Origin: an uncultured virus (IMG/VR IMGVR_UViG_3300013382_000005)
Taxonomy: Duplodnaviria; Heunggongvirae; Uroviricota; Caudoviricetes
Virus record (IMG/VR): IMGVR_UViG_3300013382_000005
Direction: 5' to 3' (one strand)
DNA length: 64,000 nucleotides
Part shown: positions 49,815 to 60,688 of the stretch, one piece after another
Numbering within the stretch: position 1 is the stretch's first letter
How the letters are laid out: each line of letters opens with the position of its first letter
The notes under the pieces: generated by a model
What the model saw: the letters and a program-made list of their open reading frames with translations, nothing else
Told to the model about the DNA's origin: nothing
The model's database searches: none
Translations under genes and position numbers: made by a program

Positions 49815-51579
49815 ATGAAAATATATCCAGGATTAAATGATATTATATCTACGGATAAGATAAATACAAAATCTGATGTCCAGATAGCCTATATTACTAC
49901 TGAGTCATATGAGCCAACTGTGACATTTGAAACTACAAATACTAAAGATTCATTCACCCCACTGATCCCATATGAAACGTTTGATAAGAATGAGATAATT
50001 CTGTTTGATGAGCAGCGCGATGTGATCCCAGATACTTATAATTATCTTATAAGAAATGGTGAAGATAAATATCAGTATGTGCCAAAAAATATTGTCTCAT
50101 ATATCAAACCAGATGAGTTTAATTATAGGATTATTGGCAAGAGAAATGAGTCTTTCAATAGGCTAAAGAATTATTATTTAGATATAAGAGCCTATAATGA
50201 TAAATTCAATAATGATGATACGAATTCATTGTTTAATGGACTTAAAACTATTTTCCTGGATGCAGCCTCAAGAGGACTGTGTCCAGAGAATATTATAACT
50301 AACCAGAATGATCAGTCTAAGTTTATCTTTGACTCTGAAAATGATAAAAGTCTTGACTTTTGTTTTATAAAATCAAATGATGGAATAACAGTAGATGGAG
50401 TAAACATTGCCGAAATTGATGCTTTGAAAAATATGAATCTTTGGATTATTACGAGCGATACAAACACGCCAAATAAAAATAATCCAATGACTTTATATGA
50501 TTATGATGGCAAAGATTATAATTTTTCTATTGAACCAATCATTTATAATACGCTCGATTATTCAGGATTAAAAATCTTTTTGGCAGACAAATATTCCAGT
50601 ACAGTTGATCCAGATATGTTTACATACTCTGATACTATGTATACTCCTGTTTGTCTAAAAAAAGATCCTAAGAATAATAGATATCTTATATATAGTCCAG
50701 CCTCTTTATTCGATAATCTCACAACCGGCAAAATAAATATTATATATGAGTTTATAATCAGAATTTATTTATCTTCTTATGTTTATTCTAAGAATAGTTT
50801 CTCATCATGGATATCTGATGAAATGCCTGANNNNNNNNNNTACAAAACAGCTACAATTCGTCTCTCCTAATCCTTATTATGAAATGATAAATGAAAGTCA
50901 AGACACAGTATCTTACGTTGGTATAGATTTTCTTGACAATAGCAATATCTCTGCTTCTCTTGATGCATCAAACTATATTATTTTCAATAAGATACAGAAA
51001 AGTGATCAAGCTAAAAAACCAGTGGATTGTATATCTATTTATTGCCACAACAAGACTATAATTTATTATAAGGATAACGTCTATTTTCAAACGACGAATC
51101 TTTTAAATAATATTTCATATTCTCTTGATACTACTAAACTTACTGTATCTATATCTCAATATATCGACTCCTATAATAATATAGACTTAACTGAAAACAC
51201 GGCTGATCTGATTATTAGTCCTGACGCAAATAGTAATATATTAGTAGTTGTACAGAACAATAAAATGGAGCTGATACGTGAAGATAAATATACTGCTGAT
51301 GATGGATTTATTATTGGAACAATTATGGTAAGAGTCAACAATAAAAAAGAACAGCAGATATATGACATTCGTTTACGCGGAGGAGGTCTTCCTGATTCCT
51401 TTGACCACGATTTCCAATGTCTCTTTGATATTGGATCTATCAAAGGTATGTCTTATCGTAAGGCAGGTTCAGTTATTATCAGAATCCCATCAGAATTTAA
51501 ACAATTTGATAAACAGATTCGTGCGGCTATAAACAAACATAAATCTGCTGATGAATATGCTATTGTTCTTTATTATTAA
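49815..51579 (+). CDS. Baseplate/tail protein, probably one gene split by an assembly gap
   Basis: Two ORFs (49815-50870 and 50779-51579) switch frame exactly at the N run 50831-50840; C-terminal DIRLRGGGLP motif. Confidence 0.55.
50831..50840. other. Assembly gap (10 N)
   Basis: Literal N run. Confidence 1.
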
Positions 51580-51603
51580 AAACCTCGAAAGGAAACATTT
51601 CGT

Positions 51604-53715
51604 GTGGCATTAAAAATCGTAGACTTCTCAGATGGCATAAGAAGTGACAATATACAATATAATTTTAATGACTTACAAAATCAAATAAATTACGATAGAT
51701 CGTTTATCGTAGGATCTGGTATAGCAAAAGGGCTTAATATAAACATCGATGAAAGAAACTTTAATATCTCAGTAAGCGATGGTTCTATTATCGACCCTAA
51801 TGGTGCCCTTATAGACATAACCGGTAAGTCATTAAATATAGATCTACCATCTACTATTCTTCAAACCATTATAAAAGATTATGTAGTTCAGAATAAAACA
51901 ATAACTTTAGTTGATACACCATACGCAAGCAATGACAGATATATTGCTGCTATTGATCCTGCTTTGAATGATTATCATAATGATATAAATATCACGACTT
52001 TATTAGGATCTGAAATTACAGATTTCAGTGCGACAGATAATAGCAATGTATTTACAGTCAATGTAAATGACAATACAATTGTTACGGTAAGATACTACAT
52101 AGCTTATGATGTAATCTATACTGTATACATTAATACAGATGATGAAGTGCAGTTTTGTCAGGGCGTATCATCTACTTCGCCAAGTGAATATGGATTAAAA
52201 GACTTTAAGTATAAACTTGGCAATGTCTTTATCAAGACTAATGTCAATGGCTATACTACAATCTCTGTTATCCAGGATATGGGTGACAGAGTCAATATAT
52301 ATACCAATGAAAATGGAGAATTATATATTGGTGGCAAGCCGTTCAGTTCATTTACTTATATCTATACAGTTAAGCCCACAAATCCAAAAGAAAATGATAT
52401 GTGGTACAATGGACAGTATGGAAACAATATAATATATGTATATCGTATTATAGATGGAATCGGCCAATGGTGCCCATTAGACAAATACGTATATGCATTA
52501 CATAATAACAGCAAATTATGGAACCCTACTGATACTGTTACATATACAGCTGATTTCATGGATCCTGAGTATTTTATATTCAGTAAGACAGAACAGAATA
52601 TGTTCTTTGAGCCGAAAACAGAGTCGCTTAAAGTAATTGTGGATAACACGATCTTACATAGTGATCAGTTCGAAGAAGTTACAATAGATGACGTAAATCA
52701 TCTTATTTTATCATTGAATACGAGTTCTGCAAGATATAAGTATCTACAGAATATTGGCTATACTCGTGCCTTTATAGATTCGCTATTATACAATATAGAT
52801 GCAGATGGAAATATTATAGGACAAAAAGATCCAGTATGTGTAGGATTTAAATTGCGCGAGCCAACATCTTACTTCTTTACAAAAGAAGGTTATGAACGTG
52901 GTCCTTATGTTGAAGCCATAGTAACGCAGTCTTATATAACTCCTTCTATTCAACGCAAAATAGATAAAATCTCCACTTATGTTACTGAAAGAAACATAAC
53001 TGTTGGAAGTTCTTCTGTAGAATATAATAATACTCTTAAGTCTTATCTTGTAACAACTGATTCTACTTATGATTATAATGAGAATCAGCTTGAAGTTTAT
53101 ATTAATGGAATTAAACAACTTAAGGATATAGACTATAATGAAGTCAGTTTATCTACAACTTCTAAATCGACTCAATTATTTAAGATAAATAAAGAGTTGA
53201 CAGAAGCAGATATTATAACATATAGAATCAATACAAAAGTATATTCATTTGATGAGCTTGTAAATGATAATAGCAAGTTCTGGTTCTTTGATACTGTAAT
53301 CACACGAGCAACTGATGACCTTAATCTGAATCTTCCTGAAGCTTTAGCACTTAATAGTAAATCTTTTGTCTTAGCATTCAGGAAAACTACAAGAACCATA
53401 TTAATACGCAAGACTGATACTATTCAGAATAATGCTGACTATGAAATTGTCTATGATGAAGATACGAATCAGAGTAAACTTCATATACTAAATGAAGATG
53501 CTATCCCTGTTGGAGAATCTATTTATCTCGTAGGGCTAAAGCAAAAATTTGACGGCATTGATTACGACTATAGTTCCAGTTTCTTAAAAATGATAGAGCC
53601 AGGTGCAGTTGAGGGACAGCTGCTCAGAGTTTCTCAAACTTATCAAGGCAATGTTGAAAAACTCAAAGCAGATAACATCGTTTCTTATAATAAGTCTGCA
53701 TTATTTATACAGTGA
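51604..53715 (+). CDS. Proximal tail fibre/baseplate attachment protein (putative)
   Basis: GTG start with AAGGA RBS; GSGIAKGL, PTNPKENDMWY and LEVYINGIKQ..DIDYNE motifs common in fibre proteins. Confidence 0.55.
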   Translation: MALKIVDFSDGIRSDNIQYNFNDLQNQINYDRSFIVGSGIAKGLNINIDERNFNISVSDGSIIDPNGALIDITGKSLNIDLPSTILQTIIKDYVVQNKTITLVDTPYASNDRYIAAIDPALNDYHNDINITTLLGSEITDFSATDNSNVFTVNVNDNTIVTVRYYIAYDVIYTVYINTDDEVQFCQGVSSTSPSEYGLKDFKYKLGNVFIKTNVNGYTTISVIQDMGDRVNIYTNENGELYIGGKPFSSFTYIYTVKPTNPKENDMWYNGQYGNNIIYVYRIIDGIGQWCPLDKYVYALHNNSKLWNPTDTVTYTADFMDPEYFIFSKTEQNMFFEPKTESLKVIVDNTILHSDQFEEVTIDDVNHLILSLNTSSARYKYLQNIGYTRAFIDSLLYNIDADGNIIGQKDPVCVGFKLREPTSYFFTKEGYERGPYVEAIVTQSYITPSIQRKIDKISTYVTERNITVGSSSVEYNNTLKSYLVTTDSTYDYNENQLEVYINGIKQLKDIDYNEVSLSTTSKSTQLFKINKELTEADIITYRINTKVYSFDELVNDNSKFWFFDTVITRATDDLNLNLPEALALNSKSFVLAFRKTTRTILIRKTDTIQNNADYEIVYDEDTNQSKLHILNEDAIPVGESIYLVGLKQKFDGIDYDYSSSFLKMIEPGAVEGQLLRVSQTYQGNVEKLKADNIVSYNKSALFIQ

Positions 53716-53732
53716 GGTGAATCAGATATCTT

Positions 53733-54182
53733 ATGAAAAAAGCTAATATAAGTTGGTTAATCAAAAATGATGAGAACAGCTATGATTTATCTTACGATTA
53801 CTATTTAGGCAACATAAATGGCAATGAAGATACGAGCATAACTATTCAGGTCTGGAATAACTATCAAGGATTTGAAGACGTAGAAACAATCCATGATGCT
53901 AAACTTATTCTGAAAACTACGTCTATTGATGATTCATATATATTTGATTATCTCACTGTAAGAATAAATAAAGCAACAAAGAAGCTTGTGAAGTATAGTG
54001 ATGTTAAATATGGTGTGCAAATCGGAACTTTGTCTGGATTAAAAAACAATGGATCAGAAACTAGCCAGGAAGCACTAGGTAATAAAAATATGTGTACAGT
54101 TGAACTGATCTTTAATGCCATTGACTTCAAGGTTAAAGAGGGGTTAAAGCATTTAGTTCTCGATATAGAATCTAATACTTAA
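53733..54182 (+). CDS. Hypothetical tail protein
   Basis: 149-aa ORF in the operon. Confidence 0.55.
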   Translation: MKKANISWLIKNDENSYDLSYDYYLGNINGNEDTSITIQVWNNYQGFEDVETIHDAKLILKTTSIDDSYIFDYLTVRINKATKKLVKYSDVKYGVQIGTLSGLKNNGSETSQEALGNKNMCTVELIFNAIDFKVKEGLKHLVLDIESNT

Positions 54183-54209
54183 TCATTTTCGAAAAGGAAT
54201 AAGATAGAC

Positions 54210-54776
54210 ATGTCTAGCATTAAAAAATTACCTGATCTTCTTGTTTTCCGAGGAAACAGTGATGAGGTTGCAAAGCAACCGATTATTGATAGGCAGTTAG
54301 TTTTTGATACAGCAAAAAATATATTTTATGTAGACACAAAAGGTCAACGTAAAATATATGGTCAAGATGTATCGAAGATAGAATCTGCAATCAAAGATAT
54401 AGCTCAGAAAATCGAAGATGGCACAATCATCGATCAGGATGACGTCAATAACATGATTGATGAAGCTATCGAAGATAAACAGGATAAAATAACATACATA
54501 ACTGATACTTTATATAAAGATCAGTGGGATAAATATAGTGACCTAGAAACAGACGATCTTCATGAATATTATTATTATAATGAAGATATAAAGTCTGGTG
54601 CAAAAGTACATATGACTCCAATACTTAAAACATCAGAAGATTATGATATTATTTGTCGTGCACAGCTCTTCCCTTCTATTGAGGAATTTACAAAAGATGA
54701 TAAAATCTATTATCTGATCCGCGCTAAGAACATCCCTGCTAAGGATATTCACGTCTACATATCTGTAACTAACTAA
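54210..54776 (+). CDS. Tail fibre-associated adaptor protein (putative)
   Basis: N-terminal RG...QLVFDT motif; C-terminus distantly resembles the shared domain of the 56185 and 57777 proteins. Confidence 0.5.
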   Translation: MSSIKKLPDLLVFRGNSDEVAKQPIIDRQLVFDTAKNIFYVDTKGQRKIYGQDVSKIESAIKDIAQKIEDGTIIDQDDVNNMIDEAIEDKQDKITYITDTLYKDQWDKYSDLETDDLHEYYYYNEDIKSGAKVHMTPILKTSEDYDIICRAQLFPSIEEFTKDDKIYYLIRAKNIPAKDIHVYISVTN

Positions 54777-54793
54777 GGAGGAACATCTCAATA

Positions 54794-55189
54794 ATGGCTA
54801 CTGATAAACAATATCTTAATTCAATTAATGGATATATAATCCAGGATAAAGAGCTTACTGATGTTGTTGATACCTTAAAAACAACTGTTAGTGGAAAAGC
54901 TACAGATACAGACGTTGTGCATAAAACTGGTGATGAATCAGTCGCAGGCAATAAAACCTTTACTGGAACAATCGAAGTCAAAGGTGAAACAACTCTTAGC
55001 AAGTTAGGAATTTCTGATGCCAAGATTGAAGGTAATACAATTACTCTTGGTGAACAGAATATAACTCCTGTTTCCTCTATAAATAATAAGACGGGCGCAG
55101 TAACACTTACTGCTTCTGATCTTGGAATTGATATAGCTACTGATTCTGATGTAGAGACTATGATTACAAATACTATAAATCCTAAATAA
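54794..55189 (+). CDS. Short tail fibre segment
   Basis: VVHKTGDESVAGNKTFT and VSSINNKTGAVTLTASDLG fibre repeats. Confidence 0.65.
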   Translation: MATDKQYLNSINGYIIQDKELTDVVDTLKTTVSGKATDTDVVHKTGDESVAGNKTFTGTIEVKGETTLSKLGISDAKIEGNTITLGEQNITPVSSINNKTGAVTLTASDLGIDIATDSDVETMITNTINPK

Positions 55190-55214
55190 AGATGTACGGG
55201 TAAATAAAATACAT

Positions 55215-55970
55215 ATGGCAACATTAGATACAAGTGTGATCTTAGGTAAACATCTTGAATCAGCCCTAAAAGCTGTTGCAGCTAAATTAGGTACTAAAGC
55301 TAATTCAAGTGATGTAATTACCAAAGGTTCTCAAATATTAACAGATTCAGAAAAAGAGCAGGCAAGGGTTAATATAGGCGCTGGCACTTCTGATTTCTCT
55401 GGCAAATACGCAGATTTACCAGATAAACCAGCAGCAGTATTATATACAGCTCAATCTCTTACTGAAGATCAAAAGGCTCAGGTCAGATCTAATATCGGCG
55501 CAGGAAGTACTTCCTTCTCTGGTAATTATAATGACTTGTCTAATAAGCCTACAAAGCTTAGTGATTTTACTAATGATCAAAGTTTTGCTACTACAACAGA
55601 AGTTAGTACAGCAATAGCAAATTCAAAGCACGCTTCATTCTCTATTGTCTCTACACTTCCTACAGCAGCTAATGCACAAGAGAATATTCTATATCTCTTT
55701 AAGAATACTACAACAGGTTATTATGATATCTATGCTAAGATAAGTGATAAGCTTGAAAGACTTGATGATGTAAGCGTAGATCTCACAGACTATTCTACTA
55801 CTACTCAGATGAATAGCGCAATCTCTACTGCTACAGATAGTATGTTAAAGTATTCTGCGCAAACACTTACTGATGCTAATAAAACTCAAGCTTTAAGTAA
55901 TCTTGGTGTTGCGCTTGCTTCAGACTCTGATGTAACATCTATGCTTACTGAGATTGGATTAAGTGCGTAA
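55215..55970 (+). CDS. Tail fibre segment with internal repeats
   Basis: Three QxLT..K.Q...N(I/L)G units and two FSGxYxDLxxKP units. Confidence 0.65.
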   Translation: MATLDTSVILGKHLESALKAVAAKLGTKANSSDVITKGSQILTDSEKEQARVNIGAGTSDFSGKYADLPDKPAAVLYTAQSLTEDQKAQVRSNIGAGSTSFSGNYNDLSNKPTKLSDFTNDQSFATTTEVSTAIANSKHASFSIVSTLPTAANAQENILYLFKNTTTGYYDIYAKISDKLERLDDVSVDLTDYSTTTQMNSAISTATDSMLKYSAQTLTDANKTQALSNLGVALASDSDVTSMLTEIGLSA

Positions 55971-56013
55971 GAATTCTCTTAAACAATAAACTTCTGATAT
56001 AATAAAAATAAAT

Positions 56014-56048
56014 AGAGGGTCTATAATCGATTTTATAGATCCTTTTTT
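56014..56048 (+). terminator. Intrinsic terminator
   Basis: AGGGTCTATAA / TTATAGATCCT stem followed by a T run. Confidence 0.7.
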
Positions 56049-56074
56049 GCCTTTAACATAATAGTTATATTGTT

Positions 56075-56085
56075 GGTAATTATTC
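56075..56085 (+). promoter_or_regulatory. Putative late-promoter motif GGTAATTATTC
   Basis: Recurring motif after a terminator. Confidence 0.45.
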
Positions 56086-56184
56086 TTACTCAATAATCTC
56101 CTGCATAATCGCGTAATATAGATATAGACTGTTTCGCAAAAACACAATAGTATATCACACATAAAGAAAGTAAGAAAGATATAT

Positions 56185-56571
56185 ATGAACAACAAAGTTT
56201 TAGCTAGCATTGCGTCGATTAAAACAACCTTAGCTTCTTTAAAAACAAAAAACGATAATGCTGGCAATAAGAATTATATTAGTGTTATAAATCTGCCATT
56301 AAGTAATTGGGATTCGAGCGCCCAAACACAAACTGTTACAGTATCAGGTATAAAATCTAATGAATTAGAACAAATAGTAAGAGTATCTCCCTGGTCTACT
56401 AATCCAGATAATGCGAAAGCTTATTATAACTTTGGCATAAGAGCTATTTCGCAGGCAGAAAATTCTCTTACTTTTTATGCCAAGACTATACCTACAAGTG
56501 ATCTTAAAGTAGTTGTATCATATGTTTATGGTAAAATAAATCTACCGAAAAAGGTCACGGAAAATACATAA
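56185..56571 (+). CDS. Fibre adaptor-domain protein
   Basis: LP..WDSS..TQT..VSGI...QAENSLTF..IP domain clearly shared with the C-terminus of the 57777 protein. Confidence 0.6.
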   Translation: MNNKVLASIASIKTTLASLKTKNDNAGNKNYISVINLPLSNWDSSAQTQTVTVSGIKSNELEQIVRVSPWSTNPDNAKAYYNFGIRAISQAENSLTFYAKTIPTSDLKVVVSYVYGKINLPKKVTENT

Positions 56572-56585
56572 GGCAAATAAGCCCC

Positions 56586-57557
56586 TTGCCAACTCCGGGA
56601 AAATATGCTACAATTAGTCAAGTTACTCCTGGTGCATTAGTATATTTTAATACAACTTTATCTGGTTCTGATGCTTCTACTCCCTTTATAGTTTTAGGCT
56701 TATCCAAACAAGGCAACTCTATCCTGCTGCTTCAAAAAATAGTATATGAATCAAAAGTATTCCATACTGGCGATTCACCGTATTATACTTCTAATATAGA
56801 AAAATATTTATCTGCTGACGCTTCTGAAACTGATAGTTATAGGTCTAAATTACCTGAAGCCATTAGAAATGTATTAGTTAATACCGAAATCGAATCGTAT
56901 GTATTTGAGAATAAGACAACTATGATGACTTCAAAAGATATATTCTTGCCGTCTGTTACAGAGTTAGGCGGCACAGACTCTTCTTACCATGTTGAAGGTA
57001 AATCATATCTTGATGTTCTGAAAATTGCATATACTACAGATGATGACAACACTGCTAGAGTTACACAGACTTCAACTGGTGGTCAAAATTTCTACTGGAC
57101 TCGCACTGCTAAAGATAAAAGTAGTACATATATTATTTATACTAATGGCATTATAACATTTGCATCTAATCCATTAGGTGGCTCATACGTACGTCCTATT
57201 TTATCTGCTTCTCCAGACACTCTTGTATCAGAGGATTCAAGCGGTACAATTTCATTACTTCCTACTTCTATAGCACATGAAATTGATATAAGCTTTTATT
57301 GTGGATCAAGTAAATTGTGTCCTACTAAAGCTCGTTTATTATCTAATATATTAAACGCAGATTCTTATACTATATCTATAACTAATAATTATAAAGATTC
57401 TGAACCTGTGTGGACTGTAGCAGATACAGATGGATTTGCAAATCTAAGCAACACTACAAAAACAACAGATAAATATGAATTAGGAGTAAGAGTTCAGGCG
57501 CAATCATATAGCAGTGGAATTACGATTAAGAATCTTTCTCTTGTTTATATAACATGA
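56586..57557 (+). CDS. Putative receptor-binding protein with DUF6273-like (C-type-lectin-like) domain
   Basis: IFLPSVTELG...YWTRT...VRP signature; TTG start is uncertain. Confidence 0.6.
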   Translation: MPTPGKYATISQVTPGALVYFNTTLSGSDASTPFIVLGLSKQGNSILLLQKIVYESKVFHTGDSPYYTSNIEKYLSADASETDSYRSKLPEAIRNVLVNTEIESYVFENKTTMMTSKDIFLPSVTELGGTDSSYHVEGKSYLDVLKIAYTTDDDNTARVTQTSTGGQNFYWTRTAKDKSSTYIIYTNGIITFASNPLGGSYVRPILSASPDTLVSEDSSGTISLLPTSIAHEIDISFYCGSSKLCPTKARLLSNILNADSYTISITNNYKDSEPVWTVADTDGFANLSNTTKTTDKYELGVRVQAQSYSSGITIKNLSLVYIT

Positions 57558-57568
57558 TAAGAATATAT

Positions 57569-57619
57569 AGAAAGTCTATAGCTATACATCTATAATAAGA
57601 TGTACGCATAGACTTTTCT
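57569..57619 (+). terminator. Intrinsic terminator (imperfect long hairpin)
   Basis: AAAGTCTAT..TACATC / GATGTA..ATAGACTTT. Confidence 0.6.
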
Positions 57620-57676
57620 ATTGCTAAATAGTTCCATATCATTATGTTCTGAATAAGCAAATCGATCACTGATCTT

Positions 57677-57687
57677 GGTAATAATAT
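57677..57687 (+). promoter_or_regulatory. Putative late-promoter motif GGTAATAATAT
   Basis: Recurring motif. Confidence 0.5.
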
Positions 57688-57776
57688 TTTAGAAACGGCA
57701 TAGTATTTTCCTATGTCAGAAAAATAACTTTCGAAAATTATTTTAGTTTAAATCAAAAGCTGAAAGGATAAATATA

Positions 57777-58583
57777 ATGGCTAATAAAACCTTATTAGAT
57801 TTATCACAACTTAAAACGGCGCTATCCACTTTCAAAACATGGATAGGCAATAATGTCCTGAAAAAGGATAATACGACCGCATATACTCCCACTGCTAATT
57901 ATCATCCTGTTACTAAAAAGTATGTAGATGATACAGTTAGTAATGCATCAAATGTTTATACAGCTACTACTACAGTATCTGCTGATAATACATCTGTTAT
58001 AACAAATCCGTTATCTGTAGCTATATCTGATTCTGCTCAAGTATATCAGAATGGTCTTTTACTTATTAAAGGTGTTAACTATAATATAAATAGTGACGGA
58101 AATATAGCTTTAATTGGAGCGACGGCAGACAAAGATGATACCTTTACAGTAGTTTCTAAAGTTTCAGGATCTGATGTAACTATAACATCTACTGCTGCGA
58201 ATGTTACGTTGGCTAATACTAATGGATATTTTGATAATGCTACTAGTGTTGAGAGCGCAATAGATAAAATTGGATCAACATTGGTTTGTATTTCTCAGAC
58301 ACAGAAAATTACTTTACCTGCGTCTTCATGGAACAGTTCAACAAAAACTCAAACAATTAGCGTATCTGGTATAGTCGCAGATGAAACTAAACAGGTCATT
58401 CATGTATCTCCATCTACTGCATCAGCTGATAATATGAATCTGTATTATGACTCTGGTATAATGGCAACTGGACAGGCGGAAAACTCTCTTACATTTACAG
58501 CAGATAAAATACCATCTAGTGATATTACTGTAATTGTAAGTTATACAAAATCAATTGTATTAGGTAGTATAGGAGAAGCTTAA
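57777..58583 (+). CDS. Tail fibre/adaptor protein
   Basis: YTPTANYHPVTKKYVDD fibre motif, VYQNGLL domain and C-terminal adaptor domain; paralogous to the 63306 gene. Confidence 0.65.
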   Translation: MANKTLLDLSQLKTALSTFKTWIGNNVLKKDNTTAYTPTANYHPVTKKYVDDTVSNASNVYTATTTVSADNTSVITNPLSVAISDSAQVYQNGLLLIKGVNYNINSDGNIALIGATADKDDTFTVVSKVSGSDVTITSTAANVTLANTNGYFDNATSVESAIDKIGSTLVCISQTQKITLPASSWNSSTKTQTISVSGIVADETKQVIHVSPSTASADNMNLYYDSGIMATGQAENSLTFTADKIPSSDITVIVSYTKSIVLGSIGEA

Positions 58584-58590
58584 TTAATAT

Positions 58591-60402
58591 ATGATAGTTA
58601 ATACAGCATATAATAAAAAATCTAATAATTCTACAAGCCAAGCCATTCAATCTAAAGATGTGAACTTCATAAATTATGATGGTACGTTATTATATTCATA
58701 TACATTAGCAGAAGCAAAAGTATTAACTGAATTGCCCGCATTGCCTTCTCATGATGGATTAATATGTCAAGGTTGGAACTGGAGTCTTGCGGATATCAAA
58801 GCGCTCGGGCGGGCTGTCACGGTCGGGGCGATGTATATTACGGATGACGGGAAGACGAGAATCTATATACACCTCGAAGAGGGGCGCACGTCGCCTATGC
58901 TCGGGTGCTGCCCGAACGGGACGGTTACAGTTGACTGGGGTGATGGAACTGCACCGGATACACTGACTGGGACAAGTACAGGCACAGTCAAATGGACACC
59001 GACGCACAATTACGCCGCGCCTGGGGATTATGTGATAAAACTCACGGTCAACGGGTCGATGGGACTTTATGGGACAAACAGTACCAAACAATATAGCGGT
59101 CTACTCCGACATAGCGCATCGTCGGACGCCAGAAACTATGTTTATCAAAACGCGATACAAAAGGTCGAAATAGGCGACAACGTTACGTCGATTGGGAGCT
59201 ATGCGTTCGGCAGCTGCAACTCCCTATCCAGCATCACTATCCCTGATGGCGTTACATCGATTGGGAGCTATGCGTTCGGCAGCTGCTACTCCCTATCCAG
59301 CATCACTATCCCAGACGGCGTTACGTCGATTGGGAGCTATGCGTTCGGCAGCTGCAACTCCCTATCCAGCATCACTATCCCTGATGGTGTGACATCGATT
59401 GTGAGCTATGCGTTCTACTCTTGCTACTCCCTATCCAGCATCACTATCCCAGACGGCGTTACGTCGATTGGGGACTATGCGTTCTGGAGGTGCTACTCCC
59501 TATCCAGCATCACTATCCCAGACGGCGTTACGTCGATTGGGAGCTATGCGTTCGACGGTTGCAGTGGAGTAAAATTCTATGACTTCACCGCCGCAACCGC
59601 AGTTCCGACCCTGGCAAACGCAAACGCATTCACCGGCATCGCCGACGACTGCGAAATTCGTGTCCCGATAGCGCTTTACGAAGAATGGATGGCTGCGACG
59701 AACTGGTCAACATACGCCGATCATATTGTCTATGTCGGAACGCCGTATTATCTCAATGTAGCAAGCAACGACGGCGGAACGGTAACGCCGACCGGACAAG
59801 TTATTGCACCCCCGGGATGCACAAGGACACTCAAGATCGTCCCGGACGGTACACATGAGCTGTCGGATATCACGCTTGACGGCACGAGCGTCAAGAGCGC
59901 GACAACATATGCGGACGCTTCCTCTAACGCCTGGGCTGTCGAAGCCGTAGACAACGCATCGTACGGCTTTGCGCTTAACGCAAACGGCTACTACGAGTCG
60001 CAGAACAAAGGCAAGAGTAGCTCAGCCGCCGTATGTAAAATCGCAATCACCGTGCTCGCGGAGATAGCGATGTCACTTGACATTATCAACTCTGGCGAAT
60101 CCAACTATGACTACGGTTTACTCGGCGCGGTCGATCAGGTACTGATAACGACGAACTCAGCTGATTCTGGCGTGGTGTGGTCTGGCAAGGGTAAATCATC
60201 AACAGACGTCGTAAATGTCCCTTTCACTATCCCGGCTGGCACGCACTATATCTACGCAAAGTTCATCAAGGACGGTTCAGGTCAAGACGGCAATGACAGC
60301 TTGCAGTTCAAGGTGAATCTACCGACCGAAAGTTTTTGGTCATACAAAATCGAAAACGTACAGTCCGATCATAATATTGTTGTAACGTTTAATACTAAAT
60401 AA
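58591..60402 (+). CDS. BspA-type leucine-rich-repeat protein, putative receptor-binding/adhesin
   Basis: Tandem VTSIGxYAFxxCxSLSSITIPDG repeats (LRR_5 type); VDWGDG motif; GC-rich interior. Confidence 0.8.
   Translation: MIVNTAYNKKSNNSTSQAIQSKDVNFINYDGTLLYSYTLAEAKVLTELPALPSHDGLICQGWNWSLADIKALGRAVTVGAMYITDDGKTRIYIHLEEGRTSPMLGCCPNGTVTVDWGDGTAPDTLTGTSTGTVKWTPTHNYAAPGDYVIKLTVNGSMGLYGTNSTKQYSGLLRHSASSDARNYVYQNAIQKVEIGDNVTSIGSYAFGSCNSLSSITIPDGVTSIGSYAFGSCYSLSSITIPDGVTSIGSYAFGSCNSLSSITIPDGVTSIVSYAFYSCYSLSSITIPDGVTSIGDYAFWRCYSLSSITIPDGVTSIGSYAFDGCSGVKFYDFTAATAVPTLANANAFTGIADDCEIRVPIALYEEWMAATNWSTYADHIVYVGTPYYLNVASNDGGTVTPTGQVIAPPGCTRTLKIVPDGTHELSDITLDGTSVKSATTYADASSNAWAVEAVDNASYGFALNANGYYESQNKGKSSSAAVCKIAITVLAEIAMSLDIINSGESNYDYGLLGAVDQVLITTNSADSGVVWSGKGKSSTDVVNVPFTIPAGTHYIYAKFIKDGSGQDGNDSLQFKVNLPTESFWSYKIENVQSDHNIVVTFNTK
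59182..59553 (+). repeat. 69-bp tandem repeat, 5 full copies plus 1 partial (LRR units)
   Basis: Units start at 59182, 59251, 59320, 59389, 59458 and 59527 and are nearly identical in DNA. Confidence 0.95.
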
Positions 60403-60430
60403 GTCTAATAATATAAAATGGAGCGCAATT

Positions 60431-60640
60431 ATGTCTAAACAAAAAATCTTAGCCAAGCTTGATACTTTCCTACCTAAAGCAGGTGGAACAATGTCTGGCG
60501 CATTAACCCTTAATTCAGATCCTACAAATAATCTTGAAGCAGCTACTAAACAATATGCTGATACACATGGTGTTACTTATGCTGCTAGTGCTGATATTGC
60601 AACGCTTCTAAATAGTGTAGGACTTACTACTGAGTCATAA
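60431..60640 (+). CDS. 69-aa mini fibre segment
   Basis: GGAG RBS; FLPKAGGTMSGAL...AATKQYAD fibre motif. Confidence 0.7.
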   Translation: MSKQKILAKLDTFLPKAGGTMSGALTLNSDPTNNLEAATKQYADTHGVTYAASADIATLLNSVGLTTES

Positions 60641-60650
60641 TAAAAGACAT

Positions 60651-60688
60651 ATAAAGGCACAGGGATCTTATCCTGTGCCTTTATTTTC
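60651..60688. terminator. Bidirectional terminator between convergent genes
   Basis: ATAAAGGCACAGG / CCTGTGCCTTTAT perfect stem. Confidence 0.8.

Noticed and set aside
50779..50870. Apparent frameshift or gene overlap
   Set aside because: Coincides with the 10-N assembly gap, so it is an artefact rather than recoding.
59182..59553. CRISPR array
   Set aside because: The repeats are contiguous in-frame coding units with no unique spacers.
56586..60402. Diversity-generating retroelement targeting the DUF6273-like or LRR genes
   Set aside because: No reverse transcriptase or template repeat seen in this window, and the LRR differences are not clearly adenine-specific. It cannot be excluded elsewhere in the genome.
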